A DNA stretch of 64,000 bases. Source: an uncultured Chloroflexia bacterium (GTDB lineage Bacteria; Chloroflexota; Limnocylindria; Limnocylindrales; CSP1-4). The notes below the pieces were generated by a model. It ran no database searches. It was not told where the DNA came from and saw nothing but the letters and a program-made list of their open reading frames with translations. Position 1 is the first letter of the stretch; each line of letters begins with the position of its first letter. The stretch is taken from the NCBI GenBank assembly GCA_963833225.1, contig CAWHXD010000008.1, positions 960,001 through 1,024,000 on the forward strand, read 5' to 3'. Made by a program: the position numbers and the translations under genes. Shown in pieces: positions 10,608 through 21,853 of this stretch.

Positions 10608-11155
10608 CCGTCGCCGCCCGGCGCGGGCTCCAGGATCTCGGCGAGGTCGGCCGCGAAGCGGGCGATCAGGCGCACCCCGGGACCACCACCGTCCATCGGC
10701 GCGGGGGCGTCCGTGGACCAGCCTCCGGCCTTCAGCCACTCGCAGGCCTCGGCATGGCACCGGTCGGCCACGGCCAGCTCACGGGCGAGCGCAAGCCCCA
10801 GGGCCTCGGCGCTTGCCTGGGCGATCGGGATCTCGGCCATGAGCAGCGGCCGCTCATCCTCCCCGGTCGAGAACTTCACGAACGGCAGCTCGTCGTTCCA
10901 GCGCAGCAGCTTGCGGTAGGACTTGCGGAACGAGTCGTTGATCGGCGGCGCGAAGTGCGCCAGGCAGATCAGCGCGAGCGAGGGATCGAGGATCAGCGTG
11001 ACCCGCAGCCGGGCCCGGCGGCGTCCATCGAGGGCGAGGTCCCACGACGTCACGCGCTCGCGATCGGCGCGCTCGAGGGGCGCCAGGCCCAGCTCGGTGA
11101 GCCAGGCTTCGACATCCGCCGGGGCACAGGCGGACGCCCGGGGGGCGGTTGACAT
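10604..11155 (-). CDS. YbjN-like / type III chaperone-fold protein
   Basis: Pattern WDL.LDG...VTLI...YRKLLRWNDELPFVKF typical of YbjN domains; leaderless TAGACT-N7-ATG. Confidence 0.65.
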   Translation of the reverse strand: MSTAPRASACAPADVEAWLTELGLAPLERADRERVTSWDLALDGRRRARLRVTLILDPSLALICLAHFAPPINDSFRKSYRKLLRWNDELPFVKFSTGEDERPLLMAEIPIAQASAEALGLALARELAVADRCHAEACEWLKAGGWSTDAPAPMDGGGPGVRLIARFAADLAEILEPAPGGDG

Positions 11156-11232
11156 GGCGGGCAGTCTATCCCGAGCGGCTGCCACGGACCCGCGGTGCCA
11201 AGGGGAGCAGGAGCACGCCGCGGAGGGCCGGG

Positions 11233-12561
11233 CTATTCGCCTCCAGCCGCGGTCGCGCGCTCCGGTGGCTCGTCGGCGTCATCGCGGAGTGCCGCCTTGG
11301 CCGCCCGGGCCTTGCGCTCGACGGTTCCACCCGAGCGCACGACGCGAGCCCCGAAGTCCGAGGACCGGACCTTGTCGCCGACCTTCACGTTGCGGCCGAG
11401 GCGCGTCCCGCGAGGGATGACGGACTGCTTGCCGACCACCGTGATCCCTGTGTTGAGGCGGCCCGGCTCCTGCTTGTTGGGCGTGTCCAGGTCCGGCCCG
11501 TCGCCCACGATGGCCCCCTGGCCGACCACGACCTCCTTGTCCAGGATCGCCCGGTCCACGACGGCGCCGGCCCGGATCACGGTGTCGAACATCACGATGG
11601 AGTCGCGGACCACGGCCCCCACGTCCACGCGCACCCCCGGCGAAAGCACGCTGTTGACCACCGTCCCATCGATGACGCAGCCGTGCGAGATCATCGACCG
11701 GTGGACCTGGGCGGTCGCCCCGATCTTGGCCGGAGCCCGCTCCTCCGACCGCGTGTGGATGAGCCACTCCCGGTCGTACAGGTCCAGCTCCGGGTGATCG
11801 ACGAGGAGCGCCATGTTGGCCTCCCAGAACGACTGGATCGTGCCCACGTCCTGCCAGTAGCCGGCAAAGCGGTGTCCGTACACCCGGGCGCCGCCCTCGA
11901 GCATCGCGGGGATGACGTCCTTGCCAAAGTCGCGGAGCCCCTCGTCCAGCCATCGCTGGAGCGCACGCTTGGAGAACACGTACACGCCCATGGACGCCAG
12001 GTCGCTCTTGGGCTGCCTGGGCTTCTCCTGCCACTCGGTGACCCGGTCCTGGTCGTCGAGCGCAAGCACGCCCATGCGTGTTGCCTCTGCCAGCGGGACC
12101 CGGCGCACGGCGATCGTGACGTCCGCACGCCGCCGGCGATGCGCCGCCACGAATGGCTGGTAGTCCATCTTGTAGATGTGGTCGCCCGCGAGCACCAGCA
12201 CGATGTCGCCGCCACGCTCCACGACGTTGAAGTTCTGGAGCACCGCGTCCGCGGTGCCGCTGTACCACTCGGCCACCCGGCCGCGCTTGATGTACGGCTG
12301 GAGCATCCGCACGCCGCCCGTGGTGCGATCGAGGTCCCACGGCCGACCCTGCCCGATGTGGTCGTTCAGCGACCGGGGGTTGTACTGGGTGAGCACGACG
12401 ACGTTGTCGTAGCCGGAGTTGACGCAGTTCGACAGCGTGAAGTCGATGATCCGGTACTTGCCACCGAACGGGACGGCGGGCTTGGCCCGCACGGACGACA
12501 GGATCGACAATCGCTCGCCCTCGCCGCCCGCGAGGATGACCGCGATCACGGGCCTTACCAA
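11233..12561 (-). CDS. glgC: Glucose-1-phosphate adenylyltransferase
   Basis: [73 protein letters not shown]; TTG start with GGAGGG RBS. Confidence 0.97.
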   Translation of the reverse strand: MVRPVIAVILAGGEGERLSILSSVRAKPAVPFGGKYRIIDFTLSNCVNSGYDNVVVLTQYNPRSLNDHIGQGRPWDLDRTTGGVRMLQPYIKRGRVAEWYSGTADAVLQNFNVVERGGDIVLVLAGDHIYKMDYQPFVAAHRRRRADVTIAVRRVPLAEATRMGVLALDDQDRVTEWQEKPRQPKSDLASMGVYVFSKRALQRWLDEGLRDFGKDVIPAMLEGGARVYGHRFAGYWQDVGTIQSFWEANMALLVDHPELDLYDREWLIHTRSEERAPAKIGATAQVHRSMISHGCVIDGTVVNSVLSPGVRVDVGAVVRDSIVMFDTVIRAGAVVDRAILDKEVVVGQGAIVGDGPDLDTPNKQEPGRLNTGITVVGKQSVIPRGTRLGRNVKVGDKVRSSDFGARVVRSGGTVERKARAAKAALRDDADEPPERATAAGGE

Positions 12562-12654
12562 GCGTCGTCCCTCCGAAGTGTCCGGTGGTGGCCTCGCATC
12601 GATCCTAGCACCGGGCGGTGACCGATCGGTTGGTGCCCCTGCGAGGCGGACGCA

Positions 12655-14013
12655 CTAGGTGAACAGCCGCGGGTTCACGAAGCTGCCGTTGAACTGGACC
12701 ATCCAGTGGAGGTGCGCTCCCGTGGAATGCCCGGTGTTGCCCTCGTGGCCGATCACCTGCCCCTGCTTGACCACAGACCCGGTGTGGGCAGGGCAGCCGG
12801 GGGTCATGTGCGCGTACCAGGTCGTCAGGTTCGAGCTGTGCGCAATGATCACGATCCACGCCGGGTCGGCGCCGTCCGCGTAGTTCCAGCCGCAGTACAG
12901 GACCCGCCCCGCACCCGAGGCCCGGACCGGGGTCCCGTAGCGCGCAACGATGTCGATCCCGTTGTGGAAGTGGGCACAGCTGCCATACGGCGGTTCCCAG
13001 GAAAAGCCCGTGCAGCCAAAGTCCTGGCTGATCGTCCCGGCCATCGGCCAGACAAGGGTGCCGTTGTACTGCGACGGGATGTTGCCCGCGTGGTACTGCT
13101 CGGCGATGAGCCGGTCGATCTTGCGCTGGAGCGCCTTGCGCGCCGCCGTCGCCTTCGCGATCGCGCGGTGGGCCGCCTGCTTGGTGGCATCGAGCGCGGC
13201 GTACTGGGATCGCTGCTCACGCAGGACCGCCTCGACCGACTTCTCGAGCTCCTTGAGCCTGGCCTTCTCCTTGCGCAGCTCAGCGATCCGCTGGTCGAGC
13301 TTCTGCTTCTGGACGCGCGTCTGCTGCCGCAGGAGGTCCGTCTCGGACCGGGCGGACGCGACCGTCTGGTGGACCTGGAGCAGCGTCGCGCGGTCCAGGG
13401 CGATCTGCTGCGCCAGCGCGCGATCCTGCTCGGCCGCGTCGAGCTGCGAGCTCATCGCGGTCAGCATGTCGGAGAACGAGGCGCCAGACAGGAACACCTC
13501 GAGGAGGGACGTCCGCTCAGCCTCGTAGGCGTCGCGGATGCGGTCCGCGAGCGCGGCCTTGCGCGCGCCCAGCTCGTCGCGCTTGGCGGCTTCCTGCGCC
13601 TCGATGCCGGTCAGCTGGACGGTCAGGTCCGCGAGGGACGCGACGAGATCGTCGTAGGACGCCTTGACCTCGGCGATGTCGCTCTGCATGGCGGAAACCC
13701 GCTGGCGGGTGGACGCGAGGTCCTCGGTGATGCCCTGCAGCTCGTCCTGGGTGCTCGCGATCCGGCCCTCGAGCCGGTCCTGCGACGCGTTGAGCGACGC
13801 GACCAGGTCGCGCTGCTGCTGGATCTTCCGCTGGAGGTCCTTCTGCTGGGCGCGGGCGTCAGCAAGCTCGTCGCCGTACGCCGGCCCCGGGGCCACGACG
13901 GGCGCGGCAAGCACGGGCAGGAGCAGCGGGACCACGAGCAGCGCGGCGAGGAGCCGGGTACCGATCGTCCGGCGGGACCTCGGGAACCTGTGCGCGATCG
14001 AAGGGCGGGTCAA
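12655..14013 (-). CDS. Coiled-coil plus M23 family peptidoglycan endopeptidase (EnvC/NlpD-like)
   Basis: Signal peptide, long coiled coil, [20 protein letters not shown] (intact Zn ligands); TTG start at 14013 inferred from GAGGA RBS. Confidence 0.88.
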   Translation of the reverse strand: MTRPSIAHRFPRSRRTIGTRLLAALLVVPLLLPVLAAPVVAPGPAYGDELADARAQQKDLQRKIQQQRDLVASLNASQDRLEGRIASTQDELQGITEDLASTRQRVSAMQSDIAEVKASYDDLVASLADLTVQLTGIEAQEAAKRDELGARKAALADRIRDAYEAERTSLLEVFLSGASFSDMLTAMSSQLDAAEQDRALAQQIALDRATLLQVHQTVASARSETDLLRQQTRVQKQKLDQRIAELRKEKARLKELEKSVEAVLREQRSQYAALDATKQAAHRAIAKATAARKALQRKIDRLIAEQYHAGNIPSQYNGTLVWPMAGTISQDFGCTGFSWEPPYGSCAHFHNGIDIVARYGTPVRASGAGRVLYCGWNYADGADPAWIVIIAHSSNLTTWYAHMTPGCPAHTGSVVKQGQVIGHEGNTGHSTGAHLHWMVQFNGSFVNPRLFT

Positions 14014-14190
14014 GAAGCTGGCGTCCTCATCTGCGGCGGGGCCCGGTCCGCCGCGCCGTTCGAGACGGGGCAGGCGGCTCGCACTCCACCAGACTGGCGC
14101 CGCCGCGGAGGGCACTCCCGAGACGACCTGAACCGACGTTCACACGGAGTGTACCAAGCGGTCGCAATCGACCGACCGGATGACCCCGAG

Positions 14191-14830
14191 CTACCGGATG
14201 ACCAGGACCGCCCAGATGGCGCCCAGGATCAGGAATGGCCCGTAGGGCACGAACGTCTTGAGCGTGATCCGCCGGGCGGCGAGCAGCACCGCCAGCACCA
14301 CGCCGGCCACGAGCGCCCCGTAGATGGCCCCGTAGACCAGCTTGCAGGGGACCGACCATCAGCCCCACGGAGACGAGCAGCTTGAGATCACCCTGGCCGA
14401 TCGCACCGGCCCCGAACGGGATCGACAGGGCATACAGCCCCAGGGGCACCACGATCGCCACGACCAGCGCGACCGGCAGCACGCCGGGCGGCAGCAGCGG
14501 GTTGGCGCCCGAGAGCGAGTACAGGAAGGCAAGCGGGATCGCCGGCAGGGTGACGACGTCGGGCAGCAGCCGCTGGTCGAGGTCGGTGCCGAGCAGGAGC
14601 ACGAGCGCGACCAGGTACGCGCCGAACACCGCGGTCGGAACCGGATCCGTGAAGCGCAGCGCGGCCCCACCCAGCGCGAACGCCCCGACGACCACCACCA
14701 CCGGCGTCCGCCAGTCGATCGACCGGACCGACCCGTCGTCGTGCGCGGGCCAGCGCGCCGCGATCCGGTCGGCGACAAGACCCCAGGCGCCCCCGAGGAG
14801 CGCGGTGACGATGGCCAGCGGCGTCAGCAC
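14191..14830 (-). CDS. Prepilin peptidase A24 family protein (one apparent frameshift near 14340)
   Basis: TDLDQRLLPD and IGQGDLKL catalytic Asp motifs; C-terminus VPYGPFLILGA..VLVIR* lies in a different frame. Confidence 0.85.
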
Positions 14831-14855
14831 GCGCGCAGTCTACGGGACCGGGGTC

Positions 14856-16374
14856 TCAGTCCTTCGCGGCGCCGGCCAGCGCCAGCTCGACGAGGGTGGC
14901 GTGGGTCACCCCGGTGGCGCCGCGCGTCGCATACGGGGTCGCCTTGCGGAAGTACGCGCTGCCGCCGATGTCGAGGTGGGCCCAGGGCACCGTCCGGAAC
15001 TGCTCCAGGAACAGGCCGCTCTTGACCAGCGATCCGTCCGGCGTGCCGGTGTTCTGGAGGTCCCCGTACCAGCTCTCCATCTCGGCCATGTAGTCGGAGA
15101 CCAGCGGCAGGCGCCAGTAGCGCTCGCCCGCGCGCTCGGCCGCGGCCTCCACGTCGCCCCACCACGGGATCCGGCGTCGCGAACACCCCGCGTCGACGAG
15201 GTTGCCGAGCGCCCGGCCAACGGCGCCCGTGAGGGTCGCCACGTCGACGATGTGGGTGGCGCCCAGGTGCTCCGCGTAGGTCATCGCGTCACCGAGGATC
15301 AGCCGGCCCTCGGCATCGGTGTTGATGATGTCGACCCACTTGCCGTTGATCGCCGCACGATGTCGCCGGGCCGCGACGCGTGCCCGCCGGGCATGTTCTC
15401 GACCGCCGGGCGCGACCGCGAGCAGCGGCAGCCCGGGCGCCAGGCGGGAGGCGGTGGCGATGGCCGCGATCACGGTGCAGGCACCGGTCTTGTCCATCTT
15501 CATCTCTTCCATCCGGTCGGACGGCTTGATGCTGATCCCGCCGGAGTCGAAGCAGACGCCCTTGCCGACCAGCGCCAGGTGCCGGCCGAGCGCGTCCTTC
15601 GCCGCCCTCGCCGCCGGAACGGATCACGATCATCCGCGGCGGGTTGGCGCTCCCCTGCCCGACGGCGAGGAACATGCCCATCCCAAGCTCGGCAGCTCGC
15701 TGCTCGTCCAGGACATCGATCCACAGGCCGTGAGCCTCGGCGATGGCGCGGGCCTCGTCGGCGAGGACCTGCGGCGAGACGTCGTTGGCCGAGCGGTTTG
15801 CCAGGCGGCGGGCGATGTTGGCGCCCTCGCCGATGATCCGGCCGCGCTCCGCGGCGGCTCGCCAGGTCCGCGGCCGGCGTCGGCGCCCGACCACGAGGAC
15901 CAGCTCGCCCACGGCCGGCGGGGCAGCGTCGGTGTCCTCGCGGTAGATCGCCTTGGGCTCGAAGCCCCCCTCGACGATCCCCCGGACCACGAGCTCCGCG
16001 GCGAGGGCCGCGTCGCCGCCCAGGCCCGCCGCGATGGGATCCAGCCACACGGCCACCACGTGGACATCGCGGTCGATCATGCGGCGGATCGCGGTCGACG
16101 CCAGGCGGCGGGCGGTCTCGCGGTCGAAGGCATCCGCGGTGCCACCGGACACGGCAAGCACCCGCTTGACCCCGACCTCGCCCGGCGCCGCCATGGCCGT
16201 GGCATAGCGGGTTGGCCTGAGCTCGCCGAACGCGGCCAGGGCCCGCAGCTCGCCGCCGGTCCGGCGGTCAAGCTCGTCGAGCAGGCCGGTGAAGGCGGGC
16301 TCGCCCACGACGGGAACGACGAGCAGGTCGGCGGCGACCGCCCACGGCTGCGCAGTGACAACGCGGATCTGCAC
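14856..16374 (-). CDS. pepA: Leucyl aminopeptidase M17 (several apparent frameshifts)
   Basis: VGKGVCFDSGGISIKP, MKMDKTGA, NTDAEGRLILGD, DVATLTGA, WAHLDIGG spread over three frames; GTG start with GGAGG RBS. Confidence 0.92.
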
Positions 16375-16505
16375 GAAGGACCTCCGGTGCGGCTGGCCGC
16401 GAGTGGCGCGCTCGAGCGCGCCTGCGCGGCGGCGGATCTCAGGCGGAACGTTGCGATCGAGTGTAGCGCTGACGGGCCCCCGGACCGGCCGCGCCTGGGC
16501 GCGGA

Positions 16506-17491
16506 TCAGCCCGGCGGCAGCGGTGCCGTGCCGTCGCGGAGCTGCTCCTGCACCTCGAGCGCGTTCGCGAGCGAGCCCCGGCGCCTCCTCGATCGAGATC
16601 ACGGCCTGGTTCAGTCCGCCCTGGGCGACATCGGACATGATCACGATCAGGCCCCGCGTGTCTCCCGGAAGCTGGGCGCGAGCCTGCTGCTCGCGCTCGA
16701 ACGCCTTGCGAACGGGGTCGGTGACCCGGGCGCCCGACTTGATGAGCGCCCGGTACAGGTTCCGCAGCGCGGCGTCGTAGGCGGCATTGCGCTCGAGCCA
16801 CGCGGACAGCGTCGACACGTCCGTGGTCCCGGCAAGGTCGTCGCGAAGCCGCAGCGATTCGGTGATGGTGGCGTCGCTCCGGTCGAGCTGGGCGAGCGCG
16901 TCCTCGTACTGGCCGTCGGATCCCCATCCGGGCGGCCGCGGCGGTCTCCTCGTCATGGCGGGTCAGCAGCGTGGTCAGCCGGGTGGCGGCCAGCGCCCGA
17001 CCCGTGAACGACCCCCAGTCGTCCTCGAGCCCCGTGGCCAGGCCCGAGGTCCCGGCCAGCTGCTCGTACCGGCGGTGCAGACCAGCCGAGACGAACAGCG
17101 CCCAGTCGGCACCGGTCGTAGGGCACGTCGGCAAGCGACGTCTCGAGCGCGTCGGTCAGCGCCTGCACCCTGGCCAGACGGAGGGTGCCATCGGCAATCG
17201 TCTGCCCCAGCGGGTCAGCGTCGCCCGCCACGACCTGGCTGAGTGCCTGACGGGCCGTGGCGCCCAGCGCATCGACCTGGTCCGAGAGCGCCTGGAGATC
17301 CCCGGTCGCGACGTCCAGGGCGGGCTCCATGGCCGCATCGCCGTCCCACGTCAGCTCGGGACGGCCCGGCCGAGCCCGGGGGCTGGCTCATGGTTGCCAC
17401 GACGCCGGCCGTCCCGAACGAGATCAGCACGACAACCAGCGATCCAGGCGAGCCGGATGGCCAGGACGCGCAGGGTTTCGATGACGCCCAC
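16506..17491 (-). CDS. Hypothetical N-terminally membrane-anchored helical protein (frameshifted)
   Basis: Stitched from ORF pieces (LISFGTAGVVATM...RPELTW.GD...YEDALAQLD...GGLNQAVISIEEA); leaderless TACCCT-N7-GTG. Confidence 0.6.
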
Positions 17492-17546
17492 GTCGCGGAG
17501 GGTAGCGGGTCCTCACGCGGCGCGCGGCTCAGGCGCGGCATCCGGC

Positions 17547-18498
17547 TCAGGCGGCGTCCGGCTCCTGGTCCCTGAGCCGGTGCCGGAGATGGGTGAGGCC
17601 GCCCTCCATGGGCTGCGGGGCGAAGCCGAAGCCGGCCGTCACGCTGTCGAGGGGGCCGACGTTGTCGTGCTTGAGCTGGCGCAGCTGGTCGGTGGCAACG
17701 GGAAACGGGAGGTGAAGCTTCTCCGCAGACGCCGGCCACCAGCCGGATCAGCGCGACCGGCATGGGGACCATCAGCCGGCGCTTGCCCATGCCGCGCAGG
17801 ACCTCCGCCATGATCTCGCGATAGGTCCAGACGCGCGGCCCGCCCAGCGGGCAGCTCGCGACCGATGGTGCCCGGATCGGCGAACGCGATGACGGTCGCA
17901 CCGGCGCGAGGTCGGTGATCGCGAGCGGCTGGAAGCGCGCGTCGCCCTTGCCCGTGATCGGCACGATGCCCGGCGACATCCGGACAAGGTCGGCGAGGAT
18001 GTTGAAGAAGCCGTCGCGCGGCCCGAACAGGAGCGACGGCGAGAGGATCGTCCAGTCGAGGCCGGACTCGCGGACGAGCGCCATCGCCCTTCGCCTTCGA
18101 GCTCGCGAAGTGCAGGTCCGGGTCATCGGCGATGCCGAGCGCGCCCAGGTGGACGAACCGCCGGACACCGCGTCGGAGGCGGCACGCAGGACGTTCCGGG
18201 TGCCCTCGGTGTTGACGAGCCGGAGCGAGGCGCCGCCATCCCAATCGCGCGGGATGGCCGCCAGGTGGAGGATGCCGTCGACCCCGGCGATCGCCGGCGG
18301 CAGGGTGTCGGGCTCGGTCACGTCGCCGTGGCGGGTCTCGACCTGCTCGCGCTGCGCCGGGGTCAGCCGCCGCAGCACCTGCGCGGCGCCGTCATCGTCG
18401 CGGACCAGGGCGACGACCCGATGGCCGGCGTCGACGAGGGCGGGGATCATGTGACTGCCGACAAATCCGTTGGCGCCGGTGACCAGGGTGGTGGACAT
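17547..18498 (-). CDS. NAD(P)-dependent epimerase/SDR, NDUFA9-like (frameshifted)
   Basis: TLVTGANGFVG, HLAAI, VNTEGT, WTILSPSLLFGPRD, FQP. Confidence 0.85.
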
Positions 18499-18631
18499 GG
18501 GTCGTGTGCTCCGGGTGGTCGCCGCGATCTGTGGCGCGATCACCCATTGTTCGCTCCCCGCGCAAGGTGGATGCGCCGGCCCGTGCGACCTGGTTCGCGT
18601 CGCGGCCGTCACTCGACCTACCATCGGGTCC

Positions 18632-19697
18632 ATGAGCCAGCTCGATCCCCGGACCCTTCGCGCCCTGACCGCGGCGATGCCCAAGGCGGAGCTTCACCTC
18701 CACCTCGACGGCTCGCTGCGCGTGGACACCGCCCTTGACATCGCCCATTCCCGGCACGTCGGACGCTCCGATGTCATGTTCGCGGCATGCGTGGCGTCCT
18801 GGTCGCACCCGACCGGTGCGACGACCAGGCGGCGCTCCTGGAGGCGTTCGACCTGCCGATCGCGCTGATGCAGGACGCGGAGGCGATCGAACGGATCGCG
18901 GGCGACCTCGTCGATGACAAGGCCGCCGACAACGTCCGATACATGGAGATCCGCTGGGCGCCGCTGCTCCACGTGGGGAAGGGGATGTCCGGGCGCCAGG
19001 TGGTCGACGCGGTCTGGCGCGGCGCGCACGCCGCGGCGAAGCGCAACGACGTCCAGGTCCGGCTGATCGCCACCCTGATGCGGTCCCACGCCCCCCAGGC
19101 CAACCTGGACTTCGTGCTCGACCTGGTCCAGGAGGGGGTCCCCGACGGCCTGGTGGCCGTGGATCTCGCCGGGCCCGAGGCGAAGTTCCCGGACCCGGAG
19201 CGCCACCGAGGGTCGATCGACATGGCCCGTGACCTCGGGCTCCACGTCACGATGCACGCGGGCGAATGGGGTGGCGCGGCACAGGTGAAGCGCGCGCTGG
19301 CGCTCGATCCGGAGCGCATCGCGCACGGACCCCTCGCGATCGATGATCCCGGCGCTGGTTGCGGAGCTGGTCGCCTCGGGGGTCTGGCTTGACCTGTGCC
19401 TGACCTCCAACTATCCAGGCGCGGATCGTCGAGTCGTTCGAGGCCCACCCCTTCCGGCGGCTCCTGCACGCCGGCGTCAACGTCACCCTCAACACCGACG
19501 ACCTGACCGTGTCCGACGTCAGCCTGTCCGAGGAGTACGCCCGGGCCGTGGAGCGGCTGGGGGTCACGGTGCCCGAGCTGTGGGCCGTCAACACGGCCGC
19601 CATCGAAGCCGCGTTCTGCGGCGAGCCCACGAAGGAAGACCTGCGAGAGGCGTTCCTCGCGTGGGGGTCCGGGATCCCCGAGCTCATCCACCGCTAG
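18632..19697 (+). CDS. add: Adenosine deaminase (frameshifts near 18770, 19360 and 19420)
   Basis: PKAELHLHLDGS, DLAGPE, TMHAGE, RIAHG, TLNTDD; leaderless TACCAT-N7-ATG. Confidence 0.92.
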
Positions 19698-19712
19698 GGC
19701 CGGCAGGCGGGC

Positions 19713-20216
19713 TCAGCCTCCGAGTGTGAACCCCTGGACGAGGATATCGAGCTCGTCGTCGATGGCTTCTGGGACCGGGTCCAGCAGCAGCTGGGCCGGG
19801 ACGCCATCGTCGCGCCACGTCACCGCCGCCGTGCCGCCGCCATCCATGGTGCTCAGGGCGCGCTCGTAGATCGCATCGACCGTCAGCGGGTACCAGCGGA
19901 CGCTCGGGTCGGCCGGCTGCACATCCACCACCTGCCCGTCGAGCACGGTCACGGTTAGCGGGTCGGTCGACGGGCAGAAGCACACGAACTGCACCTCGAG
20001 CACGTAGTTGTCGATCCCCGATGCCGTCCAGGCTGCGTACCGGGCCTCGAGCTCGGCCCGCTGCTCGGCGTCCGGTCTCGGCGACGCGTCGACCCCCGGC
20101 AGCTCCCACGGGAGCAGGGAGCAGCCCGCCACCGCGAGCAGCAGCGGCAGGAGCAGGAACGGGATCGCGCGACGGAGCTCGGTCACATGGCTGGGGACGC
20201 GCGAGGCGGTGCGCAT
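19713..20216 (-). CDS. Putative lipoprotein, DUF6174-like
   Basis: Lipobox LAVAGC; W...GI.NY......CFCP, and D...D.E pattern near the C-terminus. Confidence 0.7.
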   Translation of the reverse strand: MRTASRVPSHVTELRRAIPFLLLPLLLAVAGCSLLPWELPGVDASPRPDAEQRAELEARYAAWTASGIDNYVLEVQFVCFCPSTDPLTVTVLDGQVVDVQPADPSVRWYPLTVDAIYERALSTMDGGGTAAVTWRDDGVPAQLLLDPVPEAIDDELDILVQGFTLGG

Positions 20217-20311
20217 GTTCCACGGCCCCCGTCGGGGCACGTGTTCCGCGGTCCCGAGTCGCTCACCGGCCCCGCGGCGAGCCGCTGACCGGCCCAAGCC
20301 GGTGCGGCGGC

Positions 20312-21160
20312 TCAGCCCTCGTCGGCGGCGAGATCCGCGAGCGCCGCGCTGAGCTCGCTCGAATCCGCGACGATGTGGGTAGGCCGCTCGGCATCAACGA
20401 GAGCATCGGCCGCCTCCCGGCTGGTGACCCCCGTGAGCATCAGGACCGTTCGCGCACCTACGGCCCGCCCCGCCGCCATGTCGGTCGGTGAGTCGCCGAT
20501 CATCACCGCGTCCCCCGCGGCCATCCCGACCGTCTTCGCCGCGATCTCCAGCAGGTGGGGCTCGGGCTTGCCCATCGTGACCCTCGCGGTCGCCCGGGCG
20601 GCCGTCTCGATGGCCGCGACGACCGCGCCGGCACCGGGACGGAAGCCGTTCTCGATCGGGTAGACGGGATCGCGGTTGGTCGCCACCAGCACGGCGCCCG
20701 CCCGAATGCAGTCAGCCGCCGCGGCGATCCGCAGGTAGGTGACCTGGGGGTCCAGCCCCGCGACCACGACATCAGGGTGCCCGGCGGCCGCCCAGCCGTC
20801 GATGCCCTCCTGGCTCATCCGGGTCGCGGCATGCGATGCCGTCACCACCTCGAAGCCGATCTCGCGCAGCTCGCGCTCGAGACCGGCGGCGCCGACCGCG
20901 AGCACCCGCCGGGCCCCGGGGATCTCGTCGCGCACGTAACGGGCGGCCGCGCTGGCGCTGGTGACCACGCGATCCGGACCCACGGGCGCACCGTGCCCGG
21001 CGAGCCTGGCCAGGTAGTCGCCGCGATAGAACATCGCGTTGTTGGTGACATAGACCACCGTATCGCCCAGGGCATCGCGGGCGGCGAGCGCAGGCCCGAC
21101 GCCAGGCACGCTCTCCGATCCGCGGTAGACGACACCGTCGAGGTCGACGAGGAGCAGCAC
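20312..21160 (-). CDS. HAD-IIA family hydrolase (NagD-like)
   Basis: DLDGVVY, VTNN, ATNRD, GKP, MIGDSPTD. Confidence 0.93.
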   Translation of the reverse strand: MLLLVDLDGVVYRGSESVPGVGPALAARDALGDTVVYVTNNAMFYRGDYLARLAGHGAPVGPDRVVTSASAAARYVRDEIPGARRVLAVGAAGLERELREIGFEVVTASHAATRMSQEGIDGWAAAGHPDVVVAGLDPQVTYLRIAAAADCIRAGAVLVATNRDPVYPIENGFRPGAGAVVAAIETAARATARVTMGKPEPHLLEIAAKTVGMAAGDAVMIGDSPTDMAAGRAVGARTVLMLTGVTSREAADALVDAERPTHIVADSSELSAALADLAADEG

Positions 21161-21166
21161 CCCCCG

Positions 21167-21176
21167 ATGCTACCGT
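21167..21176. promoter_or_regulatory. Overlapping divergent -10 hexamers driving two leaderless genes
   Basis: TAGCAT on minus (21172-21167), 6 nt before GTG 21160; TACCGT on plus (21171-21176), 6 nt before ATG 21183. Confidence 0.65.
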
Positions 21177-21182
21177 CTGTCC

Positions 21183-21803
21183 ATGCCCGCCAACGCCCGC
21201 CAGACCCCGTTCGACGGCACCGATCGCCTGATCATCGACGGGACCAACCTCCTGTACCGCCTCGGCGCGGGTGCCGGCGGTGCCGCCCCGGCGTCGGCCA
21301 TCGTCGGCCGGATTCGGGCCGCTGTGCCGATGCCGATCACCATCGACCTCGTGTTCGACGGCATGGGCCACGGGGTCTACGGCCGCCTGGCGCAGAAGAT
21401 GGCGGTCCGGTACTCGGGACGGCGAACCGGCGACGACACGATCCTGGACCTGGTGTCGGAGGCAGCGCTCCGGGGTGGGGGTCCCGCGGCGACGGACCGC
21501 GTCCTGGTCGTCACCAACGACCGCGGGCTGCGAGACCTGCTGGCCGCGAAGGGCGCCAGGACCGCCCCGCTCCAGTGGCTCATCGGCAAGCTCGACGTCC
21601 CGGCGCCCGCCCGCCGCCCGTCGGCGTCGGGCGCCGGATCCGCACGTGGCACCTCGATCGGCCAGGGACGGCCACCCGGCGGCCGCGAGACTCGGGGCGA
21701 GAACGAGCGCCCGGGCTGGAAGCCGGGCCGGGGCGCGACGGCCAAGACAGGGACGCCAAGGAAGGTCGCCCGCCACAAGCGCCACCCGCGCGCTCCCGGC
21801 TGA
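21183..21803 (+). CDS. NYN/PIN-fold (YacP-like) putative RNase with a basic tail
   Basis: LIIDGTN, LVFDG, GDDTI, VVTNDRGL acidic motifs. Confidence 0.8.
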   Translation: MPANARQTPFDGTDRLIIDGTNLLYRLGAGAGGAAPASAIVGRIRAAVPMPITIDLVFDGMGHGVYGRLAQKMAVRYSGRRTGDDTILDLVSEAALRGGGPAATDRVLVVTNDRGLRDLLAAKGARTAPLQWLIGKLDVPAPARRPSASGAGSARGTSIGQGRPPGGRETRGENERPGWKPGRGATAKTGTPRKVARHKRHPRAPG

Positions 21804-21853
21804 GCCGGGACGCGCCCGCGACCGAGCTGTCCTTCGGCTGCTAGCATGCGCGG

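Noticed and set aside
15289-16956. Fusion of a hypothetical protein with leucyl aminopeptidase
   Set aside because: Created by a frameshift; pepA has its own TACACT promoter, GGAGG RBS and GTG at 16374.
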